DNA of 64,000 nucleotides from Dictyostelium discoideum (lineage: Eukaryota), in the NCBI GenBank assembly GCA_000004695.1, contig CM000153.2, forward strand, positions 4,288,001-4,352,000. Direction: 5' to 3'. The notes under the pieces are model-generated. The model worked only from the letters and a program-made list of their open reading frames with translations, ran no database searches and was not told the DNA's origin. The translations under genes were made by a program, and so were the position numbers. How positions within the stretch are numbered: the stretch's first letter is position 1; each line of letters starts with the position of its first letter. Positions 26,352-38,008 of this stretch are shown piece by piece.

Positions 26352-27737
26352 ACTTCATTTGGAATTACGTGATGTGGAGTAATTTTCATACCTCTGACAA
26401 TTTGAGAAGTAAAAACAGTTGCATTTGTATTACCAGCTGATCTACAAAAGTCTAAAGCACTAGCAATTAATGCATCTCTTGATGATGAAGTATAAGTTCT
26501 AAGTAAACCATCTTTATATTGAATTGATAATCTTTGTGAATCTGAATCATATCTAACAAAACATGCAATTGTACTATATGGTCTAGTTGTAACGATTGCA
26601 TAACTTGTTAAATCTCTTTCAACAATTCTATTTAAAAATTTTTGAATAAATAAATTAATTATTATTATTATTATTATTAGTATTAGTAATTTATAAATCA
26701 ATTTAAATTAAAAATATATATATTTACTTTGAAGTTGATAAAGTTAATAATCTTGAAATTGGAGTTGAATGTCTATTACTAATTTTAGTAACAGTGAAAT
26801 CAATGATTGATACTAAAGTTTCATCATCATCTTTACCATGTCTTTTATGACGATGAGCGGTTGGATACTCTTGGAGTGAAGTTGAAGATTTTGAGAATTT
26901 AATTTCATGACCAACAAATTTCTTTGAGTAGGCAACAATGTTTTCAATGAATTTTGGATCATTTACAATAAAGAGGTCAGAGGCAACTCCTTGATTTTGT
27001 TCACCACTGAAATAGAATAAAAAGGCGGATGAATTATCAGCCAATGATTCAATCTTTGTGAAATCCTTAAAGAAGTAAGATGCTCTAATCTTTGTTTGTT
27101 GACCATTAACTTGACTATCGGCATCTGTCTCTTCAATTGAACAACTACAAACGGTTAATTTAACATCTAACCAAGTACCATTACGTTTTAATTTCTTTGC
27201 AGAATAACTCTTATATAATCCAGTCATAAGTTCACGTAAACTCATCTCATAAACATATCCAGTTCTACCCAAATGTCTATAATTAATTTGATCAATTGAT
27301 TTACCTTGTTTCTCTGCTGCTCTTACAACTGATAATGATCTTTGTAAATCAGTTAACAAATCTATTTTAATTAAAAATAAAAAATAAAATAAAATTAATA
27401 AATTATTATTATTGAAAAGTAAAGAAAAAGAAAACTTACCAGATCTATGATCAGATTCAAAATTTAAAGTATCTTTTTTCTTTCCATCTTTTTTTGTAAT
27501 AATAACAACTTGTTCTGGATGTTTTTCTGATGGTTGAACATCGGCGATACCATTTTCCCATGCCCATTGATTTGTATTTTCCCAGGTTGAAACATCATGA
27601 GTTGTTAAATTAATTGGATCAATTGATAAGAATCTCTTCTTCTTTTTCCATGAATGTTTGATTGTATACCATAATGATAATGAACGATGATGGGCATTAA
27701 TAAATTCATCGACTGATGTTGTATTTGGTGCTGCCAT
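19439..27737 (-). CDS. dnajc13: RME-8 / DnaJ homolog subfamily C member 13 (endosomal J-domain protein with IWN repeats), complete, six exons, 2592 aa. Exons (minus strand): 27440..27737, 26728..27361, 26354..26627, 25697..26174, 25523..25611, 19439..25444.
   Basis: The J domain is [60 protein letters not shown]. The IWN repeats are [29 protein letters not shown] and [10 protein letters not shown]. The N-terminus ([41 protein letters not shown]…[12 protein letters not shown]) lines up with human RME-8 (YTTKHSWRGRYKRVFSVG…TNQWPYGDI…ETLKFSTEHRTE). Each join uses a GTAAGT/GTAAAT/GTATGT donor and a …TAG/…CAG acceptor. Summed exons give 7779 nt = 2592 aa, matching my memory of the Dictyostelium protein. 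Confidence 0.9.
26221..26347. repeat. Poly(dT) tracts (T60, T19, T18) separated by a duplicated ATAAAACTATA motif, inside RME-8 intron 3.
   Basis: Visible at 26229-26347. The plus-strand duplicate is tttttataaaactatattttt at 26241-26263 and 26271-26293. Confidence 0.9.
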
Positions 27738-27805
27738 TATTTATTTTGCTTTAAAGTAATTAATTAATTATTGGCTAATTAATTAATACACCCAAACAAA
27801 AGAAA

Positions 27806-27895
27806 TAGTGGGGAGGGGGAGGAAAAATTTAAATACACAATGAATAATATTTAAATATATAAAAATGTGTGTGTATGTGTGTGTGTTATCCCTCT
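27806..27895. promoter_or_regulatory. G-rich plus (TG)n element (GTGGGGAGGGGGAGG … TGTGTGTGTATGTGTGTGTGT) about 70-150 bp upstream of the RME-8 start codon, CA/C-rich on the coding strand. It resembles Dictyostelium G-box/CAE motifs.
   Basis: The sequence stands out against the ~90% AT intergenic background. The functional call rests only on resemblance to G-box (GBF-binding) elements. Confidence 0.3.
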
Positions 27896-28200
27896 ATTTT
27901 TATTTTTTTAAAAGTTGTTTTTACAAATTAAACTTAAAATATATAATTATATTTTAAAGTAATAATATAATAAAATACAAATATCTTGGAAAAAAAAAAA
28001 AAAAACAATAAAAAAAAATAAAAAAAATAAAAAGCGAAAAAAAAAAATAAATTATAAAAAAATGAAAAATAAAAACAAAAAATTAAAAAAAATTAAAAAA
28101 AATTAAAAAAAAAAAAAAAAAAATTTAAAATTTAAATTTTTTATTGATGTTTTGGTTAAAAGGTTAAAATAACAACAGAACCACCTGATCAACTTAATTT

Positions 28201-28245
<45 letters not shown>

Positions 28246-28448
28246 CAATTTTTGTAGTTCAATTTTAATAATAAATAATAAAGAATGAAATATAAAAAAT
28301 AAACAAAATGAATTAAACAAAATCTGAGATTTGGTGACCAAAATTTTTTTTTTTAATATTTTTTTTTTTTTTTTTTTTTTTTTTGAATTTTTTTTTTTTT
28401 TTTTTTGTTGTTTTAAATATAATATCTCCTGTATTAAAGTGTGAAAAA

Positions 28449-28661
28449 ATGGAAATTGGTAATTATTTATATTAATATTTTATTATTATCATTATTTTTA
28501 TTATTATTAATATTAATATTTATTTTTGGTAAAATTAAACAGTAACAGAAAAAGATTTAAAGAATATTGAAGAACAATTAAAGAGTGTTGTTAGAGATCA
28601 AGATCGTTTTAGATTAATTAAAGCAAATGCTAACTCTTTTATTTCTCAAGTGAACAAATAA
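28449..28661 (+). CDS. Possible small two-exon gene (10-nt first exon 28449..28458, exon 2 at 28543..28661) encoding a 42-aa peptide MEIVTEKDLKNIEEQLKSVVRDQDRFRLIKANANSFISQVNK. The relation to a downstream orphan coding segment 28794..28922 (DGDSKIKTAIILYTHCPDKQNYQIVIDEFYEDEKKQIKSELKI*) is unresolved.
   Basis: ATG then GTAATT donor, AAACAG acceptor, and a non-repetitive open frame to TAA. I found no canonical splice that joins the downstream segment in frame. Confidence 0.25.
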
Positions 28662-29295
28662 AAAGATTAGTTAAAATACAACATTGTATGTATTTTTTTT
28701 AATATTAAAAAATACTATATTAATATAATAATATATTTCATTTCCCTAATCAATTTTATTTTTTTTTTGAAAAAAAAAAAAAAAAAAAAAAAGATGGTGA
28801 TTCTAAAATAAAAACAGCTATAATTTTATACACTCATTGCCCTGATAAACAAAATTACCAAATAGTTATTGATGAATTCTATGAAGATGAAAAAAAACAA
28901 ATTAAATCTGAATTAAAAATCTAAATAATTAATAAAATTTATATTTTGTACAATAAAAAAAATAAATAAAAATAAATAAATAACAAATAAATTGTTATTA
29001 ATTTTTACCAGAGTGTAAATTTTTTAATAGTTTAAACTATTATATATATATTATTTAATTTTTTATTAATTGAATTTTTTCACATATTTTATTTTTTTTT
29101 TTTTTTTTTTTTTTTTTTATTTTATTTTTTTTTTTTGCTTAATTAGTTTGAAAATTTGAATTTGTATAACTACAAATATGCAAACTTGAATGATTTTTAC
29201 CATATTTATCTAATTTTTTTTTTTTTATTTTTTGAATTATTTTAAAATATTTTTTTTAGCCGTTTAAAAATTTCAAAAATTTTGTATTTTTTTTT

Positions 29296-29326
<31 letters not shown>

Positions 29327-29521
29327 AAATATTAAAAAATTTAATAATTTGTATATTTTTTTTTTTTTTAAAAAAAAAAATAAAAAAAAAACAAATAGTA
29401 ATAGTTATTACTAGTACATAGTGAACAAAAGTTTTTAATAAACAATATAATAATATTAATTTAAAAAATTCAAGATTATATATTGGTTTATTATTTTCAC
29501 TGGTGTCTATAAAATTAAATA

Positions 29522-30340
29522 ATGGCAGAACATAGAGATATTGAAGGATGGTTGGCATCAAAACTTGAAGATAATTGGTCATCAGAACGTTTATCATCAT
29601 TATTAAATAAAGATATTCTTCAATTCTTTTTATTAAAATTTTCAAAAATTGATACACTAATTAGAATTAAAGTAAGTAATAATTAAATAAATAATAAATA
29701 TTATTATTATTATTATTAAAAATATACTAACAAATCAATTATTAATTACTCTACTAAATTTAATTATATATATATATAAAAGGTATTATTTTCATTCTTA
29801 TTCTTAAAGAAAAAACAATTTCAAGAACTAGAACAAAATATATCAATGTTATTACAGATTGCCGAAGAGGAAGAAGATGAATGGTTAAAAGTAATTGGTC
29901 AATTATTAAATAAAATAAGTGATGAAAAGATTTCTTTAAATGTTGATTTAGAGCCATTTGTTACAAATCTTAAAAGAGTAAATCAATTATGTAGGTTTTA
30001 TTATTTATTATTATTATTATTTATTATTATTTATTATTTGTTATTATTTGTTATTAATACTATTATTATTTCTTTTAATTTAAAAGTGGAAGAAAAAGGA
30101 TCACCAAACTTTTATCCATTAGAAAATATGTACTTAAATAAAAATTTAATACCAGTACCAACTGAATCATTGGTTGTACATAGTCATTTTAAATTAAAGA
30201 AACCATTATCAGAGTTATTGGTATTTACTAAAAAAGAAAACACAAATTTAACACCATCATTATCTGGTTCAAAATCAGTAATTCAAACAACATCACCTTC
30301 GAATATGTCTTCATCATTATCATCTTCAAATTTATATGGA

Positions 30341-30423
<83 letters not shown>

Positions 30424-30819
30424 TGATGACCATGATGATAATCATAATAATAATAGCAATAATAATAGTAGTGGATTAGAAAGTCCAAGTTTAAAAAATG
30501 TTAGATTGAGTTCAAGTGGATTAACACCAACATTAAGAAGATCAAATTTATTTATACCAAGATCACATCATGGTGGTGATGGTTTATCATCATCATCAGG
30601 TTCAATCATAAGTCCACCCTCTTCAATGTCATTAAGTGGTCATGGCAGTGGTGGTAGTGGCGGAAATTTAGAAAAAAGAATGGGTGGAGGTGGAGGTGGT
30701 GGACAAAAGAAATCTAAAATGGCTTTCATCGATATTGAACAGGTTAGAGAAATTAGTCAAACACCTCAAAAGAAAAGAAGACAATCTATAGATCCTCAGC
30801 CACAACAATCTCAACCATC

Positions 30820-30878
<59 letters not shown>

Positions 30879-30887
30879 CCGAAAAAG

Positions 30888-30955
<68 letters not shown>

Positions 30956-31487
30956 TCATATTTGCCAGGAATAAATGAATCAAATGATCAATCACAGACA
31001 TCACCTCAACAATCACCACACTCTCAACATTTACAACAGCAGCAACAATTAAAAGAACAACAACAAGCAGCTCAAGTTTTAGTACAACAACAACAATCAA
31101 AAGAACAACAACAAAAAGAACAGCAAATGAGGGCACAACAACAGCAACAACAGCAACAACAACAGGCAATTCAACAACAGCAATTAAAAGAACAGCAATT
31201 AAGAGAACAGCAGCAACAACAGCAACAACAACAATTAAGAGAACAGCAATTAAGAGAACAACAATTAAGAGAGCAACAATTTAGGGAGCAACAATTTAGG
31301 GAACAACAACAATTTCAACAACAAAATCGTCACAATTATCAAAATGAACAAGATAATTCGCAACAACAACAACAACAACAATATCAACCTTTACAACCAC
31401 CACCAGTCATACCCCAAAACTATCAACAACCATCACTTCAAACTCTACAAGCTGCACAAGCTATTCAATCGATGCAATCAATGCACC

Positions 31488-31548
<61 letters not shown>

Positions 31549-32691
31549 CCCACAACTCTCCATTCAGCAACAAGCATTATTACAGCAACAACAACTACAA
31601 CAACAACAACAACAACAGCAACAACAACAACAACATCAACAACAACAGCAACAACAACATCAACAACAACAAACACAGCAAGCTATTACTTCACCATTAT
31701 TGAATGCAAGTCCACCAATGACTGGAAAGAGAAAAAAAGATGACCAAGAATCTCTAGCATCTCAAAAGAAAAAAGAAAAACAAGAGAAAAAAGATCAAAA
31801 GGAACGTGAAAAGGAAAGAGAGAAACAAGATAAAGAAAGAGAAAAACAAGAAAAAAAAGATCAAAAGGAACGTGAAAAGAGAGAAAAGAAAGAACAAAAA
31901 GAAAAAGAGAAAAAAGAAAAGAAGTCGAGTCAAAGAGCAAATAAAAAAGCAAAAACTGGTGATTCTGATAATGCTGGTAGTGGTGATGTAAGTTTTCTAT
32001 TAAAAAAAAACATTGTAGCATTATTTTTTATCTAATTTCTTTTATTTTTATATAGTCTCCTTTAATGTCATCACCAACAATTCCATCACATGATTTGAGT
32101 GGTTTATCAACCTTAATGAATATTGTAGACAGTCAACAAGGTGGTAACTCCAATAATCAACAATCACAACTCAACCAAAATCGTTCACCAACACAACAAC
32201 CACTAATTCAACAACAAATACAGCAACAATTTCAACAATTACAACAACAACAACAACTACAACAACAACAACAACAACAACAACAGCAACAACAACAACA
32301 ACACAATCCAATGCAACAACCACAAATTCACCAACAAATTCAACAACAATTCCAACAACATCAACATCATCATCAGCACCAACAACACCAACACCAACAG
32401 CAACAACAGCAACAACAACAATATCAACAACATAATCAAAACCAACAACATAATCAAAACCAACAACATAATCAAAGCCAACATAATCAAAACCAACAAA
32501 ATCAGTCATATCCATTCGATCCACAGTATTATTTACAAAGATCAACCCAACAACAAACACAATCACCTCCTGCACATTTAAATTACCAGTCACCACAGTA
32601 TTATAATCAACAAAAACAGGAGGGTTTAGGTATTATTGAACAACAAAGAAGGATAATTGAACAATCAGGCCAACCATATTTTGGTAAGTAA
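29522..32691 (+). CDS. Gln/Asn-rich, probably nuclear protein with a KR/E-rich C-terminal region (KEREKEREKQDKEREKQEKKDQKEREK…). Exon model: 29522..29671, 29783..29990, 30087..31987, 32056..32683, with a possible terminal micro-exon 32796..32818; otherwise the frame ends at the TAA at 32689..32691.
   Basis: Exon 1 (MAEHRDIEGWLASKLEDNWSSERLSSLLNKDILQFFLLKFSKIDTLIRIK) ends at GTAAGT. Exon 2 reads VLFSF…NLKRVNQL. The 29991..30086 segment keeps the frame but has intron-like composition (GTAGGT…TTTAAAAG). The ORF 29846..32035 joins the ORF 32065..32691 through GTAAGT…TATATAG. Long (CAA)n/(AAT)n tracts are present. No specific homolog recognised. Confidence 0.55.
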
Positions 32692-33107
32692 TAAAAAACA
32701 TTGTAACTAAATTAAAAACATTGTTACCAAATCAAAAAACTAACCTTTTTTTTTTTATAATTTTATTTTTACTTTATATAATTTTTTAAAAATAGGAAAC
32801 TATAACAATAATAAATAAAAATAAACCAGATTATTTTGGTTTAAACATATATGTATAAAAAAAAAAAACAATAGAAAAGTTATTTTTGTTTTGTTTTTTT
32901 TTTTTTGTTTGTTTATTTTTTTTTTTTTTGTTTTTTTTTTTTTGTTTTTAGAAATTGAAAAAAGAAGATTTACAATTGTGTAAGTATCATAACTAAAAGA
33001 GATTAAAGTTTCCATTCATTTGGCAAACTATTATTGTTTGGATCTATATACATTTGGTGGTCTTCTTTCTCTCAGAGTGCATGAATACATTCATGGATTA
33101 TAATAGG

Positions 33108-33704
33108 TTATAAATCACTACCAAAAGTATTTTCACCACTAAAAAATAGTAAAATTAAGAATAATATGTTAGAATTATAAGATTTGTAAATAAATAAAAA
33201 AAAGATAAAAAAAGAAATGCATACCTGTAAGTAATGTATAAAAATCCATCTTCATCCTTATAACGTTCATAAATTTGAGAAATTAAAGCAGCAGTTGGTG
33301 GGATAGTATTATTAACAAACAAATAAATGGCTTTTTCAGCACTAACTTTGGTCATATGCTTTCTAATTTCATAAACAAATTTACCAACAGTAATATCAGC
33401 TGGTACTAAGTATTTCTTTTTATCGATGTCTGGTGCATCTGATCTTGGAGCTTTCTCTACAATAACTGGAATTCTATCAAGATACTTTGATCTAATACGT
33501 TCAGCTACTTCTCTTCTTTTGTCTATATTTATTTTATTTTATTTTATTTTATTTTGTTTTATTTTATTTTATTTTATTTTATTTTATTTTTTTCAAAAAA
33601 AAATTAAAATAGTTAGTAATTTATTATACGTAAATATTACTGTATTAATTTATTTAAAACATACCGAGTGGGTGGTCGTTTTTAAAGCTTGATACATGAA
33701 CCAT
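33108..33704 (-). CDS. atg8: Autophagy-related protein 8 (Atg8/LC3/GABARAP ubiquitin-like), three exons: 33665..33704, 33225..33522, 33108..33138; 122 aa.
   Basis: The spliced product is [122 protein letters not shown]. It is collinear with yeast Atg8 (…FEKRKAESERI…RIPVICEK…[23 protein letters not shown]…EKAIFIFVND…[33 protein letters not shown]), including the conserved C-terminal Gly followed by a short propeptide. Donors are GTATGT and GTATGC; acceptors are ATATAG and TTTTTAG. Confidence 0.9.
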
Positions 33705-34588
33705 TTTATATTGTATATATTATAGAGTAATAATTTAAAAAAAAAAAATAAAAATAAAAATAAAAATAAAAGTTATAAGAAAAAAAGTGATATTAAATGT
33801 TTGTTTTAAAAACTATGTATTTAGGAAATTAGCAATATATTAAAGAAAAAAAAAAAAAAAAAGGTTTATATATAAAAAATATTTGTGTGGGTGTGTTAGA
33901 AAGTTAATTTTATTGAAAAAATGAGAAAACAAAATTGAAAAAAAAATAAAATTGAAAAAAAAATAAAATTGAAAAAAAAAATAAAAAAAATTTAATTAAA
34001 AAAAAAAAAAATTTAATTAAAAAAAAAAAAAATTTTAAATAAATAAATATTTTTTATTAGCTGGTTTGGTATTATTAAAATGTAATAATATTAAAAAAAA
34101 AATTTTAAAAAATTTTATTTTTTAATTTTTTTTTAATTTATTTGATTTTAAAAAATTATTATAAGCAAAAAAAAAAAATAAAAAAATAAAAAAATTATCC
34201 CATGTACTACTTTCATTTTTTTTTACCAAATCTAATAACCCGCTGTGTTGGAAATTTTAAAATAATAATTATATTAAAATGAGATTGAAAAAATAAAAAA
34301 TTATCAAATATAGGTTTTGTCCTTAAATATTCTTAATTTTTTTTTTTATTTTTTTTTTTTCTTTTTTCTTCTTTTTTTTCTCTTTTTTTTTTTTTTTTTC
34401 TTTTTTTTTTTCCTTTAACGTAAATTTAAACAATTATTAAAGATTTTGAACTTTAGATATCCAGTTATAAATGCCAATGAATCTTAATTTATATACTATT
34501 TTTTTTTATTTTTTTTTTTATAATTATTTTTTTTTATTATAAATATTATTTTTAATTATGTACAAACGAGGTTTTTTAATTATTATTA

Positions 34589-34627
<39 letters not shown>

Positions 34628-34635
34628 GAAAATTT

Positions 34636-35120
34636 TCATTCCAAACCAAACTTTTGTTTTAATAAATCTAATTCTTTCTTTTTTGCTTGATGATCCATTT
34701 TCTTTTGTTGTTTTTGTTGTTGATAATATAATACTACTAAATATCTATTATTTACATTATAACCTGAAAGATGTTCACATGCATTTCTTGCGTCAAATAT
34801 ATCTTCATAAACAACAAATGCTGTACCCATTGTTTCTGTTGTATTACCTAACCTTATTTGTCTAATAGCTCCATAATTTGAAAATATACCATATAATTCC
34901 TCTGATGATATTTTAAATGGTAAATTTCTAGAATATTAAAAATAATTCAAAGAGAATAATAATTATTGTTGTTATTATTAGAATTAGTATGAGTGAGAAT
35001 AATAAAATGAATATTTAATAATTATATAAAATAGCAATTAATATAACTTTTTACATACTTTACATATAAAATTCTATTGATTTCTGGTGGTAATTTTGAT
35101 ACCTTTTTTAATGTGGTCAT
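34636..35120 (-). CDS. sf3b6: Splicing factor 3B subunit 6 (SF3b14a/p14, RRM protein), two exons: 35059..35120 and 34636..34927.
   Basis: The spliced product is [89 protein letters not shown]… It is collinear with human SF3B6 (…[80 protein letters not shown]). Donor GTATGT, acceptor TTCTAG. Confidence 0.85.
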
Positions 35121-35541
35121 TGTATTTCAAATAGTTTCTAAATCAAGAAAAAGAAACAAAAAAAAAAAAAAAAAAAAATTAAAAATAAAATAAAAATTCA
35201 AAAAAAAATTAAAAAAAATAAAAAAAAAAAGTTAAAAAATTTTTTTTTTTTTTTTTCCCTTAGTAAAATTCCTTAAAGGAAATTTTATTTAATAATCCAA
35301 ATATTTCTAAATTGGTTTAATTGTTTTGTTTTATATCTTTAAAAGTTCAAATATAAAGGGAATTTGGGGAAAAAAAAAAAATGTACAAATATAAAAAATA
35401 AAATAAAATAAAATAAAAATGTACAAATAAAATAAAAATAATAAGGTGTCTCAATTGTTAATTATTAAAGCAAAAACTTTTTTTCGAATTTAATTTTTAT
35501 AATAAATTAAATAAAATAATATTTTTTAATATTGAACAATG

Positions 35542-35593
<52 letters not shown>

Positions 35594-36088
35594 CAATCAC
35601 CGATATTGAATATATTGCTTATATTGATGACAGTTATTTAAAAAAAAAAAAGTTTCATTTAAAAACACTGACAAAACCGTTAAAAACTTTGTGGAGAAAA
35701 AAAAAAAAAAAAAATAAAAAAAAAGTTTAAAAAAAAAAAAAAAATTGGTTTAACGGTATAAATAATTTCAAATTTGAAAAAAAAAAAAAAAATATTTTAT
35801 TTTGTTAACACACCCCAAATAATTTATACATATTCGTTTCAATATAAAAAAAAATAAAAAAAATAAATAATAATAATAATAATAACAACAATAATAATAA
35901 TAATAATAATAAATAAATAAACAAATATATAATATAAATAAAAAAATAAAAATAAATAATAAATAAAAAAATAAATAAATAAATAGATAAATAAATAGAT
36001 AAAAAAATAAATAAAATAAATAAAAAAATAAGCAAACAAAAACAAACAAATAAATAAATAAATAATTAAAAACAAAAATAAAAATAAA

Positions 36089-37444
36089 ATGTCAGAAACA
36101 GAAAATAAAACCACAACTGAAACACCAACAACAACAGATAGTACTGTTACTACTAAAGAAGTTAAAGTACCAAAAGCAACATCAAAAGGAAATGATGATT
36201 ATTTCTTTGTAAAAAATGTTAAAAATCAATTATCAAACACACGTACTCGTGCAACTGTTGATCGTTTAGCACCAACACCACCATTATCACAAGCTGCCAA
36301 AAGAAAATTAATAGACACCAAAGAGAGAAAGGAAAAGAAGGAAAAGAAAGAAAAAGAACCAAAAGAACCAAAAGAACCAAAAGAAAAAGCTAAAAAGAAA
36401 GCAAAGACTGAAAAAAAGAAAGATGATGGTGATGAGGAAGAAGACGAAGAAAAAGAAGAAGACGAAGAACAAAAAGAAGAACAATCTCAAGAAGAAGATT
36501 CAGAGGAATCAGAAGAAGAACAAAACTCTGATGAAGATAAAAAGAAAAAGAAGAAACAAGCCAAAAAAGTAGCAAAGAAAGAAACTGAACCAAAAAAGAA
36601 AGAAGCCAAACCAAAGAAAGAAGCCAAACCAAAGAAAGAAACCACCAAAAAAGAAAAAGAAGCCACAACTACTAGTAGTGATTCTACTGAAAAGAAAGAA
36701 AAAGAAGAAAAACCAAAGAAAGAAAAGAAAATATCCAAAAAAGATCAAGCTGCTGCCGAAAAAAAAAAAGATGGTGATGATTCAACTACTACCACTGCCA
36801 CCGCCACCACCACTACTGATGATTCCACTGAAAATAAAGAAGAAAAGAAAGACAAAAAAACAACTAAAAAACCAGCCGCCGCTGAAAAAAAGAAAGTTAA
36901 AAAAGATGGTGATGATGATGAAACTGCTGCTGCTGCCACTGAGGAGAAAAAGGATGAAGAGAAATCTGAAGAAAAAGAGAAAAAAGAAACTAAAAAACCA
37001 GCTGCACCAAAGAAACCAGCTGCCGCTGAAAAAAAGAAAACCGCTGCAAATCCAACCGATAAAAAAGATGGTGAAAATAAAGATGTAACTCCATCTGATG
37101 ATAAACCAGCTGCTACCACCACCACCACCACCGCCGCCGCTGCAACCACCACTGAAGAACCAAAAGAAAAGATAACAAAACCAGCCGCTGATAAAAAGAA
37201 AGCACCAGCAAACAAAAAAGCTGAAAAAGACCAATCATCATCTGATGAATCTGCCAACAAAGAGACAACCACCGCCACCACTACCACCACTAACAAAGAT
37301 GCCACCGCTCCAACTACCACCACCAACAAAGATGCCACCGCTCCAACTACCACAACCACTAAAGATAATGTAGATGAAGCCTCAGTAAAAAAGACAGCCA
37401 ACTCAGCCCCAAAAAAGGAAGCAGCCAAAAATAAATCAAAATAA
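36089..37444 (+). CDS. Highly charged Lys/Glu/Thr/Ala-rich low-complexity protein, 451 aa (KKEKKEKEPKEPKEPKEKAKKKAK…, acidic EEEDEEKEEDEEQ block, poly-Thr/Ala tracts). It may be a nucleolar or chromatin-associated phosphoprotein.
   Basis: Continuous ORF with an ATG start. Its composition resembles Nopp140-like or linker-histone-like proteins, but no alignable conserved domain is seen. The overlapping ORFs 36308..36490(-), 36745..37449(-) and 36678..37088(+) are frame artefacts. Confidence 0.5.
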   Translation: MSETENKTTTETPTTTDSTVTTKEVKVPKATSKGNDDYFFVKNVKNQLSNTRTRATVDRLAPTPPLSQAAKRKLIDTKERKEKKEKKEKEPKEPKEPKEKAKKKAKTEKKKDDGDEEEDEEKEEDEEQKEEQSQEEDSEESEEEQNSDEDKKKKKKQAKKVAKKETEPKKKEAKPKKEAKPKKETTKKEKEATTTSSDSTEKKEKEEKPKKEKKISKKDQAAAEKKKDGDDSTTTTATATTTTDDSTENKEEKKDKKTTKKPAAAEKKKVKKDGDDDETAAAATEEKKDEEKSEEKEKKETKKPAAPKKPAAAEKKKTAANPTDKKDGENKDVTPSDDKPAATTTTTTAAAATTTEEPKEKITKPAADKKKAPANKKAEKDQSSSDESANKETTTATTTTTNKDATAPTTTTNKDATAPTTTTTKDNVDEASVKKTANSAPKKEAAKNKSK

Positions 37445-38008
37445 ATCAATTAAACCAATTTAAACAGGAAAAAAAAAAAAAAGAAAAAAAAAAAAAAGAA
37501 AATAAAATAAAAAAAAAAAATAAAAAATTAAAAATTAAAAAAAAAAAAGAAATAAAAAAGTTAAATAAATAAATAAATATTTATATAAAAAAAAAAAGTA
37601 ATAATTATTTAATTTCCAAGAACAATTTTAAGTTATTATTTTATTATTATTATTTTTTTTTTTTTTAATATAAAAATAATTAATAAAAAAAAAAAAAAAT
37701 AAAATGAAATAATAAAATTATAAAACAATAAAATAAAAACTCATCGGATTGATTTGAAAAGTCGTATTTGCAATATCCTTAAAACTTTTTTTTATTTTTT
37801 TTATTTTTATTTTTATTTTTTTTTTTTTATTTTTATTTTTTTTTTTTTTTTTTTTTTTTTTTTGGTTTTTTTTGATTATTTTTAAACCACTCTTGTCCAT
37901 AAAAAAAAAAAACTTTAATACGAAAAAAAAAGAGAATAATAAAAAAAAAAAAAAAACAAAACAAAATACAAATAAACACTCAGTAATAATTAAATAAATA
38001 AAATTAAA

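Noticed and set aside
29991-30086. In-frame 96-nt segment that could be read as coding (…RFYYLLLLLFIIIYYLLLFVINTIIISFNLK…)
   Set aside because: It starts with GTAGGT, ends with TTTAAAAG, is ~95% AT and would encode an implausible hydrophobic-Tyr tract. It is treated as an intron that happens to be a multiple of 3. RNA-seq is needed to be sure.
30228-32596. Minus-strand ORFs 30228..30488, 30786..31169, 31461..31676, 31686..32021, 32171..32596, 32257..32499 and plus-strand 31344..31703, 31806..31991
   Set aside because: These are alternative-frame translations of the (CAA)n/(AAT)n and KE-repeat coding sequence of the 29522..32691 gene.
36308-37449. ORFs antisense or off-frame to the K/E-rich gene (36308..36490-, 36390..36668-, 36745..37449-, 36678..37088+, and others)
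   Set aside because: These are low-complexity mirror images of the AAG/GAA-rich coding strand. None has an independent start context or conserved domain.
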